From a virus (lineage: Duplodnaviria; Caudoviricetes), in IMG/VR virus record IMGVR_UViG_3300011339_000398, positions 1 to 25,806 of that record: a DNA stretch of 25,806 nt; one strand, given 5' to 3'. Under the pieces are notes generated by a model, which made no database searches, was not told where the DNA came from, and was given only the letters and a program-made list of their open reading frames with translations. Numbering within the stretch: the stretch's first letter is position 1; every line of letters begins with the position of its first letter. The translations under genes and the position numbers were made by a program. Of the stretch, positions 23,782-25,806 are shown piece after piece.

Positions 23782-25806
23782 TGGAACGTAAAGTACAAAT
23801 ATATATCGAACCTATTTTTGAAAGCGGAAATTTTCAGGAATTAGAATTATTTAATGATGAAACAATAGAAGTAACTTCTACGATTCAAAACATAGCGGAT
23901 ATTTCAAAAGTATTTACAGATGTTAGTTTAAGCTTCAGCGTTCCAGCTACGCAAAACAATAACTCTATATTTCAGCACTTTTATAATTCAGATGTAGACG
24001 CGAGCGTAGACCATAACGTTAGACGAAACGCGTATATTGAAATAGATTTAACGCCATTTAGAACGGGTAAAATAAGTTTAGAAAAGGCGAATGTAAAAAA
24101 AGGTTTGTCCGATAGTTACCAAATAACTTTCTACGGGAATTTATTAAGTTTAAAAGATAAATTTGGCGAAGATAAACTAACCGATGTAAAAGAAATTAAT
24201 AACTATTCACACGCTTATACGGCTACTGAGATTTACAATAGAATAACGGACGATTCAATTTTTTACGACGTTAGATACCCTTTAATTAGTTGGAAGAATT
24301 TATGGCAAATTAGCGGAGTAGGAACTTATGATATTACGCAAAATGCGCACCCAATATTTTACAGTGAATTATTTCCAGCGATAAGCGTTCGTAGATTAAT
24401 GCAAGCTATTGGAAGTAAATACGGAATTACTTTTTCAGGAGCTTGGATGAGTGACTATCGTTTTATAAGTTGCTTTTTACTACTAAAAAACGTATTAGGT
24501 AAAAGCTATGTAACAAATCCTTTAGACGTAGATATTTTAACTTATTCTCCGGCGGGCGGTGTAGATTATTTTGACACTACAAACGGTACATTAAGTTACA
24601 GTTATATTGATACTTTACCAAGTGTAAATTTAATACCAAACAGTTTAGAACATATTACCTATATTCGAATAGCGTCTATTTCTTCAGCAACCGTAACTTA
24701 CTATATTGATATTTTTGTAAACGGTGTATATTCAAATACTGTAACGGGTACGGGTAACGCTACTGTAACTTTAGAAGTATTAAGGCAACAAAACGTAGAC
24801 GGTTTAAATTCAGTTATTACGGCTCAAGTTCGTGCAAGTGAAAACATAACTTTTAATGCGAGATTTCAATACCAACAATTTTATAGTTATTATAATATTT
24901 CAAACGTTGTGGTGGTTGGTTCTGCGGTTTATACTACGACGGCTACTACACAAACTTTTTCCGGTGAATTAGATTTAGCAATGTTAGCGCCTGAAATTAA
25001 AGTTTCGGATTTTGTTTCAGGAATAATAAAAGAATTTAATTTAACGTGTTATTCTACGTCTAAAGACAATTTTACTTTACAACCGTTAGATGAATGGTAT
25101 AACCAAGGCGCTATTGTAGACGTTACAAAATATACTGATATAGATTCTATTGACGTAGATAGAATAAAGTTATATAAAAAGATTTCGTTCAAATACCAAG
25201 AAAGTGAAAGCTTCATGAATAAAAACTTCAAAAGTTTATACTTTAGGGACTATGGAAACACGGACTTAGGGTATAATTACGACGGTGAAGAATTTACGGT
25301 AGAAGTTCCATTTGAGAATTTAATGTTTAACAAATTTACGGGTACTGATTTACAAGTAGGATACCATTTAAATGAAACTTTTCAAAGCTACGTACCGAAG
25401 CCTACGTTACTTTATATGTACGACAAAAAGCCATGTAGTTTTAAATTTTGGAATGGTACGACACACGTTTCAGTAACTGACTATATGCCGTTTGGACAAG
25501 ATATGATTTATCAAGGTGTAAACCATAGTTTAAACTTCAGCGCTGATACTTCTACGTTGCTATTAGAACCCGTTTCAAACAGTTTATTCGGTGAATACTA
25601 CTTCGGGTACTTAACTAACTTATACAACCTTAAAAACCGTTTAATTAACGTTAAAACAAATTTACCAATTTCACTTTTAACAAGTTTAAATTTAAACGAC
25701 CGTTTAATTATTCGAGATAAAAGATATATTATAAATACAATGAAGTCTAACATTTTGACGGGGGATGTAGATTTTAGTTTGTATTTAGATTTTAGACCCG
25801 TAAACC
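23781..25806 (+). CDS. Large tail/baseplate hub protein, 3'-truncated
   Basis: ATG 23781 (TAATG coupling); MERKVQIYIE...LELFNDETIEVTSTIQNIADISKVFTD...; the frame appears open to the window end (...DFRPVN). Confidence 0.75.
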   Translation, partial: MERKVQIYIEPIFESGNFQELELFNDETIEVTSTIQNIADISKVFTDVSLSFSVPATQNNNSIFQHFYNSDVDASVDHNVRRNAYIEIDLTPFRTGKISLEKANVKKGLSDSYQITFYGNLLSLKDKFGEDKLTDVKEINNYSHAYTATEIYNRITDDSIFYDVRYPLISWKNLWQISGVGTYDITQNAHPIFYSELFPAISVRRLMQAIGSKYGITFSGAWMSDYRFISCFLLLKNVLGKSYVTNPLDVDILTYSPAGGVDYFDTTNGTLSYSYIDTLPSVNLIPNSLEHITYIRIASISSATVTYYIDIFVNGVYSNTVTGTGNATVTLEVLRQQNVDGLNSVITAQVRASENITFNARFQYQQFYSYYNISNVVVVGSAVYTTTATTQTFSGELDLAMLAPEIKVSDFVSGIIKEFNLTCYSTSKDNFTLQPLDEWYNQGAIVDVTKYTDIDSIDVDRIKLYKKISFKYQESESFMNKNFKSLYFRDYGNTDLGYNYDGEEFTVEVPFENLMFNKFTGTDLQVGYHLNETFQSYVPKPTLLYMYDKKPCSFKFWNGTTHVSVTDYMPFGQDMIYQGVNHSLNFSADTSTLLLEPVSNSLFGEYYFGYLTNLYNLKNRLINVKTNLPISLLTSLNLNDRLIIRDKRYIINTMKSNILTGDVDFSLYLDFRPVN

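Noticed and set aside
1880-25231. All minus-strand ORFs in the track (e.g. 1880-2149, 4530-4799, 7441-7755, 14519-14767, 18179-18499, 21582-21887, 25049-25231)
   Set aside because: They are antisense shadows of well-supported + strand genes, with no recognisable motifs; the window is uniformly + oriented.

Overview
AT-rich segment of a tailed dsDNA phage (siphovirus-like Caudoviricetes) with all credible genes on the + strand. The host is most likely Bacteroidota/Flavobacteriia, judged from TAnnTTTG promoters and A-rich, Shine-Dalgarno-free start regions. Gene order: head module (small Cys-rich protein, putative internal protein, scaffold, major capsid), major tail tube, portal with a long C-terminal extension, adaptor, fibre-like protein, lysis genes and a metallophosphoesterase (1-8.8 kb). 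An early/replication/recombination region follows (8.9-17.6 kb: HNH, DnaA-domain-IV-like HTH, initiator with internal iterons, SF4 helicase, NinG, ERF, lambda-type exonuclease, T5orf172 nuclease, SSB-like protein). The last part holds an ECF-like sigma factor, terminase subunits, a frameshifted tail chaperone and tail genes running off the end. No integrase, tRNA or CRISPR array was seen. Most notable signals: (1) three identically spaced AC-N17-GTTA-N7-ATG elements, a candidate leaderless late promoter for the phage sigma; (2) a shared TELS motif in three head proteins, a candidate targeting/cleavage signal; (3) a kissing-loop attenuator-like leader before the replication operon; (4) three insertions that appear to duplicate or replace the start of the downstream gene. 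All family calls are from motif recognition by eye, not database searches.
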